Shown here piece by piece: positions 1 through 13,912 of a stretch of 64,000 nt of DNA (positions are counted from its first letter, which is position 1; each line of letters begins with the position of its first letter). The translations under genes were made by a program, and so were the position numbers. The stretch comes from Octopus bimaculoides (Eukaryota): the NCBI RefSeq assembly GCF_001194135.2, contig NC_068987.1, positions 2,411,888 to 2,475,887 of the forward strand, given 5' to 3'. A model generated the notes under the pieces. It did no database searches. It saw only the letters and a list, made by a program, of their open reading frames with translations, and was not told the origin of the DNA.

Positions 1-946
1 ACCCGTTGGTAGGCAGAAGGTTAAGACGCTAATGGAAATTAACGGTTTCACGAAATATTTATGTACAAAAATAATTCTAAAAATGAAATTTAGAAATGGA
101 ATATACGTACCAATATTTCGAAGTCTTTGGCGGTTTTTCTAACATAACCCTGGAGGAACTCTATGAAAATGCGTGCGCTCACAATAAACAAAAGCGACGA
201 CAATAATAATAAGAAGAAGAAGAAAAAGAAGAATAATGATGATGATAATAAAAGGAAAATCAGAAGATTTTATTCTGAATTTTATGGTGATGTCTTGTCT
301 GTGTTTGTGTTGCATAAAACTTCGCGCTGTATTACTATACGTGTCCTGGAAATTCTTGTAGGAGCCGCTCTATTTTATGAAGGTGTCAAGTTATGGGTAT
401 TTCTATAGTTATGGCTCAGTTAATGATATGTTTTTATTATTCATAATATTTAGAGTTATTTCCAAAATGTTTATGAAGAACAACTCGTAATTCCTTATAC
501 GTCTATTACCATAGTTTTTCTACTTCTCTCAGCGCAATATTTCATTAAGACCATAAAGTATTTAATGTTATAATTTTGATGACAATGTTTCATATTTCTA
601 TCGTTATTACTATTTATTTATTTATTTATTTCGCTTGCTGATTTCTGAACAAACGTGTTAGAATAAAGCGTCTCAAATTGTATCCACTACAGTTCCTCAC
701 TCGAGAATTTGCTGCCAAAAGCAGAGGCTCTCAGCGGTTATTTCCTGTGAATATAATTTATTTTCACAGGACCTAAACACCTCAGCCCTAAGTGACATTA
801 GCCATTTAGCTAATAATCGAATGAGACTGTCTGCAACTAGTAGCTTGGACTGCTAAAACTAACAACAAAACCTTCCTCACTTCGTATTCTATTATTATTT
901 TCTTTCATCTCTTCCTCTCTTCCTCGTCTTTCTCCGAAATTTCCTC

Positions 947-985
947 GAGTCTCCGACGAAGGACTATGTCCGAAACGTTATACGT
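947..985 (+). ncRNA. Decayed minimal type I hammerhead ribozyme (Penelope-like tail)
   Basis: AGTCT-CCGACGA(U4>C)-A-GGAC/tat/GTCC-GAAA-CGTT-ATAC; stem II and GAAA intact, palindromic AACGTT stem III, one core and one stem I substitution. Confidence 0.5.
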
Positions 986-1186
986 TCCTCTCAAAACTAT
1001 GACTATTTAACTTTTTACCTTCCTCCTCTTCCAAACATCCGCTGCACTCTCATTGTTTCTTTGTGTTTGATTTTCTTTATACATGCATATGCATGCACAC
1101 ACACACACACACGTATTGTTCTTGAGAATGAAAGCTGAGATAAGAATATCTTTGCTCATAGGGATAGAGATGTGTGTGTTGTGTGA

Positions 1187-1224
<38 letters not shown>

Positions 1225-3493
1225 NNNNNNNNNNNNNNNNNNNNNNNNNNNNNNNNNNNNNNNNNNNNNNNNNNNNNNNNNNNNNNNNNNNNNNNNNNNN
1301 NNNNNNNNNNNNNNNNNNNNNNNNNNNNNNNNNNNNNNNNNNNNNNNNNNNNNNNNNNNNNNNNNNNNNNNNNNNNNNNNNNNNNNNNNNNNNNNNNNNN
1401 NNNNNNNNNNNNNNNNNNNNNNNNNNNNNNNNNNNNNNNNNNNNNNNNNNNNNNNNNNNNNNNNNNNNNNNNNNNNNNNNNNNNNNNNNNNNNNNNNNNN
1501 NNNNNNNNNNNNNNNNNNNNNNNNNNNNNNNNNNNNNNNNNNNNNNNNNNNNNNNNNNNNNNNNNNNNNNNNNNNNNNNNNNNNNNNNNNNNNNNNNNNN
1601 NNNNNNNNNNNNNNNNNNNNNNNNNNNNNNNNNNNNNNNNNNNNNNNNNNNNNNNNNNNNNNNNNNNNNNNNNNNNNNNNNNNNNNNNNNNNNNNNNNNN
1701 NNNNNGTATATATATATTTGTGTATGTGTGTGTGTATGTATATATATATATATATGTATGTAGCATGTATGCATGTATGTATGCATGTATGCATGTATGT
1801 ATGTATATGTATGCATGTATGTATGTATATGTGTGTTTGTATGTATATGTGTGTTTGTGTGTATGTATGCATTTATGTATACGTGTGTTTGTATGTATTG
1901 TTTTTGAGAACGGTATTTGAGATGCGAATACCTTTGATCGTCGTGCTGTGCAATTCGATTTGATTCCAAGCTGAAAGACAGAAAAAAAACAATCTGTTGG
2001 TAATTTACAAACATATGAAAGAGAAGCAAAAACAACTTTGGCTTCCAGACGAGAAAAAAAAACTGTTTTTAGTCAAGTTCAGACTTTAGTAAAGAAATAG
2101 CAAAACAAATTGAATCTCAAAATATTTTCATTTTAAAAAAAACAACGCCAAATATTTTCGAAACGTTGTTCTTCAAGATAACAGTGTTTTGTTGCCTGTA
2201 CGGCTTCAGATTTTTAAATATACTTTCGTCATTGTTGTTGATGTTGTCATCGTCATTGTTGATGTCCTTGTTCTTCTTCTTCTTCTTCTTCTTCTTCTTC
2301 TTCTTCTTCTTCTTCTTCTTCTTCTTCTTCTTCTTCTTCTTCTTCTTCTTCTTCTTCTTCTTCTTCCAGTACTACTACTACTACTATGATTGTTGCTATC
2401 ACCACTACCACCACCATCATCACTACTACTGCTGCTGCTATTTCCTCTTCTTTATCGTCTTTTTTGTTCTTGTTTAACCCCAGGTCGGCTTTGACTGTAC
2501 AGTCCTATGATGAAAGACCTTCATCTGAAGACGGTGCTGTTTCATTACAGACACATCTTTCCCCATTTAAGGCACTCTGTCGTGATTTGAAGGTGGTTTC
2601 TCAGCTACTTTCCGTAATGAGTCACCGCACATATTATTCATCGTTTGCTTTATTACATTCATAAAAGAATCTTGTTGTTGCTGTCGTTACTGTAATTGTT
2701 CTTGTTACCGATTTTATTGCTGCTGTTGTATTGCTTCAGCACAGCCCAGAATGAGCAAACCTATCTTAAAAGATCACCACGTATGCATACGCGCGCTTGT
2801 GTGTACTTGTTGTTTGTGCACATGTATGTCTACTTAATTATATGCGTACGTAACACTAAAGACGTTAACTCCAGTCTTATTGGAGTTATCCCCCTTGCGT
2901 GACACGAAATATATAAAAACAGAAGAGTATTTCTCAATTGCGCATAGATATATACGTATGCATTTGGATGTTTAGGTTCTTACCAAGGTGTTTGAAATCG
3001 ACAAAATAAATACCAAACAGAAATAGATAGTCACTCTAGTCGACAAGAGTGAGAGAAATTTCCAAGCTGGTGCTGCAACATGGCCACTGTTCAGTGATGA
3101 AAACCAGAAAAAGAATCAAAGAATATATGGATAAAAGGTTGGCTTTATTTAAATGATGAATTATCATCGATTTATCAATAAATTATAATGGAGGAGATAA
3201 TGGTATTTCAATAAGGCAGCAAATATTGGAATAATTGCTCAAAGAAAAGAGGACTTCATTCAGTATATAGAAATGTCTTACAGACAACAAGAACAACAAC
3301 AACAACGACGGCGACAGTTGCAGTACCAACAACAACAGCAACGCACTTTTATAAAAGACATTCTTACGAAAGATTCTCACTCGCAGACATGACAAACTCT
3401 TAGATATATGAGACATTTGGAGTTTGTTTTGTTTAGGTAATGACAAATTGGTGCCAATTATACGTGATCTATTTCAGGTATGAGCGAATTGTA

Positions 3494-3547
<54 letters not shown>

Positions 3548-4719
3548 ATATATATATGTGTATGTATATGTATGTATATATATATATAAATATATACATA
3601 CAAACACGCACGCACACATATACTTATATACTTATATATACTTATATATACATACATATATATATGTATACATGAATACGCACACAGACACACACACGCA
3701 CGCACGCACATGTATATGTGTATATCTGTTCGCAGTCGTTTGTGTGTGAATGAAATTATCGTGTCTATAATTGGAACAGAATAATGCTGTTCCAATTTCG
3801 AGTAGTTTTGCAGAAGCGAAGAAAACAAAAAGTTTGTCTCAACAAGAATAACGATGTTAATAAGAAAATTGCCGAACACGCTACCACCACCATTATCATT
3901 ATCATCATCATCATCATCATCATCACTACCACCGCCACCGCCATCACTACCACTACTATAACCACCAGTACAACTAAACAAGAACAATACAGGAGACTAT
4001 AGAAATAAGTCTATTGTAAATGTTATTTATTCTGTAGGAATATCTCGAAAGCTGATGGTGTTGTTGTCGTTGTTGTTTAACACCAAGTAAACCATGATCC
4101 AGTAGATTTGGGATCAAAGCTATTCCAGCNNNNNNNNNNNNNNNNNNNNNNNNNNNNNNNNNNNNNNNNNNNNNNNNNNNNNNNNNNNNNNNNNNNNNNN
4201 NNNNNNNNNNNNNNNNNNNNNNNNNNNNNNNNNNNNNNNNNNNNNNNNNNNNNNNNNNNNNNNNNNNNNNNNNNNNNNNNNNNNNNNNNNNNNNNNNNNN
4301 NNNNNNNNNNNNNNNNNNNNNNNNNNNNNNNNNNNNNNNNNNNNNNNNNNNNNNNNNNNNNNNNNNNNNNNNNNNNNNNNNNNNNNNNNNNNNNNNNNNN
4401 NNNNNNNNNNNNNNNNNNNNNNNNNNNNNNNNNNNNNNNNNNNNNNNNNNNNNNNNNNNNNNNNNNNNNNNNNNNNNNNNNNNNNNNNNNNNNNNNNNNN
4501 NNNNNNNNNNNNNNNNNNNNNNNNNNNNNNNNNNNNNNNNNNNNNNNNNNNNNNNNNNNNNNNNNNNNNNNNNNNNNNNNNNNNNNNNNNNNNNNNNNNN
4601 NNNNNNNNNNNNNNNNNNNNNNNNNNNNNNNNNNNNNNNNNNNNNNNNAAATTGTTAGGTGTTTACAAACGTGGACTCTTGTGATTTTCTCGCTTTTAAA
4701 TAATCAGAAAAGACATTTC

Positions 4720-4786
<67 letters not shown>

Positions 4787-5411
4787 TATATGTAAACATG
4801 CATATGTATGTGTATCTGTATTTATGTATGTATATATGTGTGTGTATGTGTGCATGTGTCTGTTTGCGCATGTATGTGTGTTATGTGTTGTTGTTTGTAT
4901 GCTATCTAAGACGTTGTCGATGCGGTTGGTTAGCTCTATGGAGGCCCTCACTGAACAGACATATAAACCTGTGCAACCGAGCCATATTTCTACATGTCCG
5001 TTGCAGTACATTTTCGTATTTGTCCTTCACTCACATCTGGCTACTATTTCTAGCTAGTCGATCGGCAATATAAAATTTCTACGGAGTAGGGGACTTAACT
5101 CGAAATATTTAGATGGACGAACACAACAGCGAATAGCATATTCACGTTCGCACCTCCCGGAACATATTGACATAAATATGCACGTCATAGTTTCCACTCA
5201 CATTGTTGCCCGTCCACACAACGATTTATTGTCGGTTAGCAGATATCTGAACGGGTCAGCAAAGAATTTGTTTCCTGAAATTATAAACAAGACCATCGAC
5301 TCTTGTTAGATCCACTGGTCTGGGAAGGCTTCTGGCTAACACGACTCAACGATTTCGAAGCTCCTAATGTTAATGAAATGAATGTGTTATGAACACATAT
5401 TTGTCGTAGAA

Positions 5412-5514
5412 GAGTATAATATAAAGTAAAGTAAATATCATAAGATAAATATAATATAATATAATATAATATTATATTTATCTTATGATATTTACTTTAC
5501 TTTATATTATACTC
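5412..5514. repeat. Perfect 44-bp inverted repeat with 15-nt (ATAAT)3 spacer
   Basis: 5412-5455 is the exact reverse complement of 5471-5514. Confidence 0.95.
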
Positions 5515-6776
5515 ATTTATTGTGCTTCTAATTATTAATTTTTCTATATGTGAAATAGTTCTTGAAATTTGGTTATTTTCCCTAAAACTATATATATATA
5601 TAACTTTTATAAGTAATATTCTAAAAGAATATATAACTGAACTTATATTGAGTGCTCAATTATTTTGAGCAAATAAATGTGTGTATATGTTTTTATATCA
5701 TTAATAAATTCATAAACTTATCAATAATATTCTCAGGAAATCAATATTTAATATTTCGAAAGATATATATCCAATATGACATGGTAATATAATAAATTTA
5801 AAATTTTAAATATAAATATACGAAATATAAATATCAATATGTATAAAAATATGAATGNNNNNNNNNNNNNNNNNNNNNNNNNNNNNNNNNNNNNNNNNNN
5901 NNNNNNNNNNNNNNNNNNNNNNNNNNNNNNNNNNNNNNNNNNNNNNNNNNNNNNNNNNNNNNNNNNNNNNNNNNNNNNNNNNNNNNNNNNNNNNNNNNNN
6001 NNNNNNNNNNNNNNNNNNNNNNNNNNNNNNNNNNNNNNNNNNNNNNNNNNNNNNNNNNNNNNNNNNNNNNNNNNNNNNNNNNNNNNNNNNNNNNNNNNNN
6101 NNNNNNNNNNNNNNNNNNNNNNNNNNNNNNNNNNNNNNNNNNNNNNNNNNNNNNNNNNNNNNNNNNNNNNNNNNNNNNNNNNNNNNNNNNNNNNNNNNNN
6201 NNNNNNNNNNNNNNNNNNNNNNNNNNNNNNNNNNNNNNNNNNNNNNNNNNNNNNNNNNNNNNNNNNNNNNNNNNNNNNNNNNNNNNNNNNNNNNNNNNNN
6301 NNNNNNNNNNNNNNNNNNNNNNNNNNNNNNNNNNNNNNNNNNNNNNNNNNNNNNNNNNNNNNNNNNNNNNNNNNNNNNNNNNNNNNNNNNNNNNNNNNNN
6401 NNNNNNNNNNNNNNNNNNNNNNNNNNNNNNNNNNNNNNNNNNNNNNNNNNNNNNNNNNNNNNNNNNNNNNNNNNNNNNNNNNNNNNNNNNNNNNNNNNNN
6501 NNNNNNNNNNNNNNNNNNNNNNNNNNNNNNNNNNNNNNNNNNNNNNNNNNNNNNNNNNNNNNNNNNNNNNNNNNNNNNNNNNNNNNNNNNNNNNNNNNNN
6601 NNNNNNNNNNNNNNNNNNNNNNNNNNNNNNNNNNNNNNNNNNNNNNNNNNNNNNNNNNNNNNNNNNNNNNNNNNNNNNNNNNNNNNNNNNNNNNNNNNNN
6701 NNNNNNNNNNNNNNNNNNNNNNNNNNNNNNNNNNNNNNNNNNNNNNNNNNNNNNNNNNNNNNNNNNNNNNNNNNNN

Positions 6777-6821
<45 letters not shown>

Positions 6822-7528
6822 TAAACATCTTCTTTGATATAAAAGCATCGACACACACATACACATGCACACAGAAGAATACTGTGACACAACTGATTGG
6901 GTTTGTCCCTCCCTTGGAGCCGTGCCATAAAACAAAATTGCAAAAAGAAAAGAAAACATGTCGTCGAGGCTTACTGTCAGATATGAAATAGCAATGTAGC
7001 GAGTGACAGAATTATGGGTAATATATCATAATGGATGCCGGGAAGAGAACTGGAAAGGGTGGCAGAGGGAGGGGGAGGGAATGAGAAAACACGCCAGAAG
7101 GAATCTTTGAAAGCGGGAATAAGGAAGGAAAGAGAGCAAAGAGGAAAGAAGATGTACGTGTGATTCTTTGCTGTAAATATGACAGTTTAATGAGATTTGG
7201 TGAAGCCATTCTAAAATTCCGAATGCAACATTTTACAGCCTACTTGAAAAACATCGACACAAACAAACACATAATAAAATACAACATCGACATCGACTCC
7301 CAATACTAGAGACTGCTGCTGCCCTCGCATAACGTTGCCTGTATAAGTATGTAGTATGTATTTGCATGTATGCGTATATATTTGTGTATTTATGTGAGAG
7401 TGTGTGTACATATTTACATACATATATGTGTGTGTGTATGTACTTATACATAAATGCTTATGCATAAATGAACGTATATATGTATATATATATATATATA
7501 TATTATATATACATATTTCATTCGGCTG

Positions 7529-7648
7529 CATGTGACTTAAGTTTCGCGGGCATCTACAGAAGCTCGACTCTTTGAGGCTTAGATTCGATAATCTAAGCCT
7601 GAACGAGACTGGCATCTGTTAGAGGACCGCGAAACTTTAAGTTGCATG
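7529..7648. repeat. 120-nt imperfect palindrome / long hairpin
   Basis: About 55-bp stem; innermost AGGCTTAGATT-cgat-AATCTAAGCCT is perfect; outer AAGTTTCGCGG/CCGCGAAACTT; three G-T wobbles on + strand. Confidence 0.9.
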
Positions 7649-7904
7649 GGACCAAAACAAACTGCTTTTTATGATACTACTTGTGACTCCTACAAAATCT
7701 GTTGAGTGTTTTTTTTTTCTTTTCGCTTGACCACTCACCCGTATGTATATATATAAAAGAATACAAAAAAAATGGGACAAGGACGCAACAGGCGACAACA
7801 AAACATCCAGACAGTTAGATGATACAAAAAGGGACAAGAAGAAACCAGGACGGGTCATTCGGGGTTTTCTTTCCGCAGTCGATTTCCAGATCATCTTTGA
7901 AGTT

Positions 7905-8011
<107 letters not shown>

Positions 8012-8371
8012 GTGTGTGTCTGTCTGTCTGTCTGCGTCTTTGCCTGTCTGTCTTCGCGCGAGCGTGTGTGTGAGTTTGGAGGGATATATTACGACATCGT
8101 AACTGCTATTAGTTATCTTTGAATTCCTCCGATGGGTAATTCCATGTTCGCTTCGCAGGACGGTAATATTTGCAGTATATATTAGTAATAACTCTATAGA
8201 GTATAGAGACTTGTTCATTCCCAAAATTTATTTTCTATTATTTCAGTTTTGTACACCATATTATAATGACGTGCACGTGTTTCCGCTGCACAGACTACTG
8301 GCAATTGCAGATGCAACATGTCCCTAATATTTGGTGCAGTTTCTTCAGGGTCTATGCATTTGAATTCGCTT

Positions 8372-8470
8372 TATAAAGTGTCTTGCTCAAGAACGCAGCC
8401 CGGTCCGGGATTCGAACTCACAACCTTGCGATCGTAAGCTCAACGCTCTAACCACTGAGCCATGCGCCTT
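8372..8470 (-). mobile_element. tRNA-headed SINE family C, 5' head only
   Basis: Minus strand shows A box TGGCTCAGTGG and B box GAGTTCGAATCC followed by TTCTTGAGCAAGACACTTTAT as in 22233-22553. Confidence 0.9.
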
Positions 8471-8481
8471 CAGACACACAC

Positions 8482-8561
<80 letters not shown>

Positions 8562-8721
8562 GTACGAACAGATAGATAAATAGATAGATATATATATTTT
8601 GCTATGTATATATATGCACACATATATATATATTACATATACATGCATACATACGTATATGTGTGTGTGTGTGTGCAAAGTATATTTTAATTCAAACATC
8701 CTTCCCTGTTCCCTTCGCCAA

Positions 8722-8762
<41 letters not shown>

Positions 8763-8763
8763 C

Positions 8764-8842
<79 letters not shown>

Positions 8843-9359
8843 CAAACACACACATATACACACCTATTTATGCGTGTGTATATATTTGTTGGGGTGGAGA
8901 GAACACATAAATGTGAATAGGGAGAGAAAAGGGAGTACATGACCTGTAAACGTCTAGTCATTTCTGATGGTTTATTGGTAACTCAGCTCTTCGCAAATCG
9001 TTACAAAGAACTCGAGCCATTTCAAACATGTTCCTACTTTGGTAAACAGCAAAATAAAAAAAAAAAGCAAAGAGAAAGAATAAAATACCGGAAAAGTTCT
9101 TCTTTACTCCATCATTTAACATATTTACGCAATTCCAGAAAGAAATCCAAGTATCGTTGGACGAAATCAAAATTCTTTGTGGCATAAAAATATATGACAA
9201 ACTATTATTTAATGAAGCTACCAACATTTATGAAAAAATAAACCTGGCACCAGCACAGACAACGCCATATATCTAGAACTTACCATTCTTTATGTAGACA
9301 ACTGAGAGGAACATTTAGCTACACACACACTCATACACACATACACACACGAGCGCACG

Positions 9360-9445
<86 letters not shown>

Positions 9446-9446
<1 letters not shown>

Positions 9447-9570
9447 CGACGGGCTTCAGTCTATCAAATTCACTTCCAAGGCATTGGCCATTCTGGGGCT
9501 ATTCCGAACTGAACCCGAAATCTCTTTGTTGCCGAACGAGCTTGTTAACAGCACAGTCATGCGGACATCT
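9446..9570 (-). mobile_element. SINE family A, decayed fragment
   Basis: Degenerate match to reverse complement of 58415-58581. Confidence 0.6.
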
Positions 9571-11034
9571 ATTATTATTAAAACATGTAAAATCGTTTTC
9601 TTTGCGAATCAATAGTCAATAATAGGGTGGTTATTCAATATTCGTAACAGATCACTAGATTTACCCAGTTCGATATTATTGTAACTCTTCTTCTCTAAAC
9701 TATGGTCCTTGGCCGAAACTATCTTGATTACGCACGCTAAGAAATCGACTTCGTTCGCTTCATCGCAGTGCTCCAGGAAAGATATATAACCAAAACTTCG
9801 AAGTCAATCGATTAGATTACTATTTTTTCTGAAGACCTGATGTTCCAGTGTTATTATGCAATCAATTATCAACGTATCGATTATCGCGCAACAAACTAGC
9901 ATTTACAAGTGTAGCACGTGTAAAGGTTATGAAATTGAAGATGTTGTAAAGAAAAATGAGCTAAATTTCCTATTTCGTTCTGCTGTCGAGTGTATAGGAA
10001 AAGAGAGAGGGGGAGAGATTACGAGAGTTGCTGTGAGGTGTGTGTTATCATATTTAATACATGGCTCATTAATATCGAACAAGGAATAGAAATATGTGTG
10101 TGCTGAGTAGATGAATATTTTGGCGCTTGGGTGTTTTGTTGTGCTGGCTTTTGTTGTTGGGTCGGTGACTGAAAGTTTGTTTATTGGTCGTGTCGACCTA
10201 TAGTCAACAAAAACAGTCCTAAAATGAAATTAATTGGTTTGTGGTGAGCAAAATCCTTAATCTAACTCCCTGTACAATTTCTCCCCAACCTTTTGTCTTT
10301 CCTAAGCATTAGGTATCGTTTATATTTGCCTCTATTTAGTATTTAGATCTGCTACCAATGATTTAGGGGGTCCGCATAGTTTTTTTTTTTTTTGTATTTT
10401 CTTAACTATGAACAATAAATTGTATTCTTCACCTGATTCCCTGACCGAAGATTCTTAGAGCGTTTCGCCCTGGGATTAAATTACACTTTGACCTCTACTC
10501 ACTTGATATATTCAGTGACCCAGTAAGGAGCGCCGTTAAGGGGTTAGGGGATTGAAATTCCTGCATGACACGTATTAGGTTTCTGACCAACATTTCAACA
10601 CATCCTCGACAATTAGTTTACACACCTCTACTTATTATGTAGCCTACATCTTTGTACTCAACATTAGTCTATACACGTTGACAGTTATTGCGTTGAGTCA
10701 AAAGTTTTGTCATATTTTGGTAAATCTTTTCGGTTTATTTGTCAAATTACAAACAAAAACAGCCCAGCAGTCAAAGTAGAGGCCATCGTGTTGCACCGTC
10801 TGAAGTCACCTTTCGGCCAGTTCTTTGGTTCCATGCTGATACCAGTTCTTTTGTTTCGGGCATATGGCGTAGTGGTAAAGAGCACGGGCTATAGATATAG
10901 TCATGAATTTATTTACATGCACCAACACATTTGATACACATATATAGAGAACACATGTAAAGATATCTAATTCACATGTGTGTACATATTTTTATTAAAC
11001 CAAAGTTACTGAAAAATACACATATCACTATACA

Positions 11035-11085
<51 letters not shown>

Positions 11086-11271
11086 GTATAGCAAACACAT
11101 TGTGTCCATCTATACGCCACACACACACACACAAGGCATGCACACACAGTACACACACACACGGGGTGGGAAGTATGAAAATGTAATGTCATGTGTAACA
11201 TATAAAACTTGATTTATTACGTGTAAACAAGAATGGCTTTACCCACCAACCTACATAAACACTCACACTAT

Positions 11272-11307
<36 letters not shown>

Positions 11308-11700
11308 GTGAAGTGACTGAATGCTAAAAATAAACGACGTTGCAGTTGGTTTCGTGATATTGTTTAAAGTGTTCTCACGAATGCTCGGATATTTATATAA
11401 AGTGGATCTGAATTTAGACAAAGTAGCTGAAAGAGAGGGAAAGAGGGAGAGGGAGAGGGAGAGGGAAAGAGAGGAGGAAAGAGAGGGGCAGGCAGGCAGG
11501 CAGACAGACTGGTTGATAGAAGAGGTGGGAAGATTGAAAATTGTAAAGACATTACAGAGGGCATCGATATAAATTTAATTCATACATATGTCTGCACGGG
11601 ACCGTCTTATTTATAGACGCAGCTGTATAATATAGTGCATACACACACACATGTACAAACACGTATATACACACACACGTATACGTATGATCATATATAT

Positions 11701-11872
11701 GCGCAGGTGTGGCTGTGTGGAAAGAAGTTTGTTTGTCAACCACATGGTTCCGAGTTCAGTCTCTGTGGCACTCTGAGCAAGTGTTTTCTACTACAGCCTA
11801 ACCCTAACCCTAACCCTGACCAAAGCCTTGTGAGTGGATTTGGTAGACGGAAACTGAAAGAACCCCATCAGA
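11701..11872 (+). mobile_element. SINE family A, 5' half, with inserted (CCCTAA)3
   Basis: GGCTGTGTGG...GGTTCCGAGTTCAGTC...GACCAAAGCCTTGTGAGTGGATTTGGTAGACGGAAACTGAAAGAA shared with 58415-58581. Confidence 0.9.
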
Positions 11873-11876
11873 TATA

Positions 11877-11923
<47 letters not shown>

Positions 11924-12268
11924 ATAGGTCTAAGAAATTCCATTCGGGCGATAAAATTGAAAGACCCTTCAGAGTGCTTCAGTACCGAGCTAAGAAGAAA
12001 CTTTACATTTGTGAACCAAATTAAAAATCACAAACTGAGCTTATCGATATATTAGGAATCGACCCGAATAAAGCAGAAATCTGTCCTTGTCAACATGCCT
12101 ATCCATCGGAGAAGACATGAGCCTAAAAAAAAAAAAAAACATGGNNNNNNNNNNATGAAGGTACAAGACTTCAGATGAAGGTACAAGACTTCAAGGCTCA
12201 AAACTTTTCATACACTCTTCGTACATACATGCATACATACATACATACATACATACATACATCTAGTG

Positions 12269-12299
<31 letters not shown>

Positions 12300-13045
12300 T
12301 AAAATTTAACCCATCGCTCAGCCTAATGTCTCAGCTTCCATGCATGACAAATGTCTGTTTATATATGAATGTTTACGTTTGTGATTTATATATTTCTATT
12401 CTTTTGCCTACTTTCTATTTATTTATTTATTTATTTATTTATTTATATACGTACATTTAAACGCATAGGTACATATGAGATGCTCATACATACATCATAC
12501 ATGCAGAGACATACATACACTCACACAAACATATACACAGATCTATGCATAGCCATACAGAGATATAGAGAGGTGAACTAACGCTAAGTTTACATATTCA
12601 AAATATACAAGACTTCTCTGATATTCACTGTTGGTGTTATTTAAATTCCAGAAATGGGTCTTTGTTTCTTTGTGAGAAACCAATTCATTCTTTACAGCAA
12701 GAATTCAAAGAATTATTTTTAAAAAAAGATTAAGAAACTGGTACTGTTTGTGTTTCTGTCTCCGTTTTTGTTTGTCTACTTTGTTTGTTTATTCCCATTG
12801 AACACCTTGGTGTATCTGTACAGTTTTTATTCACACTCCAAATGTACAAAAGTCAAATATTTACAGCTCTCTCGTTTCGATATTCTAATCATATTTAGAA
12901 AATAAACAAACCTCAATGATAGACATACGCACATATACATATAGAAATAAACACACAGAGGCACAGCCATACAAAGGAGTACATCGAGGAAGAAAACATT
13001 ACACATATGCATACGCATGAACAGAACAGCAACGTAAATACCGAA

Positions 13046-13194
13046 ATCCAACTTAACGTGAATGTTGTGTTAGAAAACCGAATAACGCGTTATTTACTTT
13101 GAGAAGACCTCTCTTATGAACGCATATGCGAGGTCTTCTCAAGGTAAACACCGCATTATTCGGTGTTCTAGCACAAATCCACGTCAAGTTGGAT
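13046..13194. repeat. 149-nt imperfect palindrome (MITE-like or dsRNA hairpin)
   Basis: Arms of about 66 nt (13046-13111 vs 13130-13194) differing at about 8 positions. Confidence 0.92.
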
Positions 13195-13674
13195 GTAAAG
13201 TTTGCCATTTGGTGTTGATATTGGTGTAAATATTGCTTCTGTCGCTATTAATCATTTAAAAATTACTACCTTGATTAGACTCCTCCCATTCACCGATAGG
13301 AATAGAATTAACGTGTGTGTATAGGTGAACGCATAAACAGTTTCAAAGTGTGGTGGGTTACAATGATGCATCGTAGAGAATAACTCCTCATAGGAGAGAA
13401 AATTAATCATGGCTTGTAGCAGGTTGGCCGCACAAAACACCGTCAAGTGCGTCCTGGTATCTGCAGTTCAAGTGGACTGTGTCAGGGAGATCTTAAAGAC
13501 TTCCAAAGAAGCGGTCCGTGTCGAGGACCATGTCCTGCAGCACCAATACTTCCTGATGCCGGACATACAAAATTCCTGCAGTCAATTCTCATTTACTATC
13601 GCTTGACACTACTTTTCTACTTCGATATTCCAGGACAAGATCGGAACCGCTCTTCAAAAGTGTAAAAATCCCAT

Positions 13675-13912
13675 TCGGTCATGAATGACCATGGGATTGC
13701 GCCTAGAATGTTAGCTTCCGAGGCACAAGTCTGGGCAAGGTTGTTTATGGAAGACCAGTAGTCACCCAAGCATACCAGCCTCTCCCTCTCTATGCCACTG
13801 CTATTCTCCAAGGCAAAGGCAAAGGGGCTGATACAGCTTGGCATCAGTGACGTCACAACTCATTTCTACAGCTGAGTTAACTGGAGCAACGTAAAATAAA
13901 GTGTCTTGCTCA
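13675..13912 (-). mobile_element. SINE family C, body and 3' part
   Basis: Reverse complement of 22310-22545. Confidence 0.92.

Noticed and set aside
8266-8353. Minus-strand CTGAAGA..GAAACAC..GTC with a CTGCAC/GTGCAG stem
   Set aside because: Stem I unpaired and stem II offset from the core
8372-8470. tRNA gene
   Set aside because: Has A and B boxes but no paired acceptor stem and continues into the SINE body; it is a SINE head
12155-12194. ATGAAGGTACAAGACTTCA direct repeat
   Set aside because: Abuts a 10-N gap; probably a contig-overlap artefact
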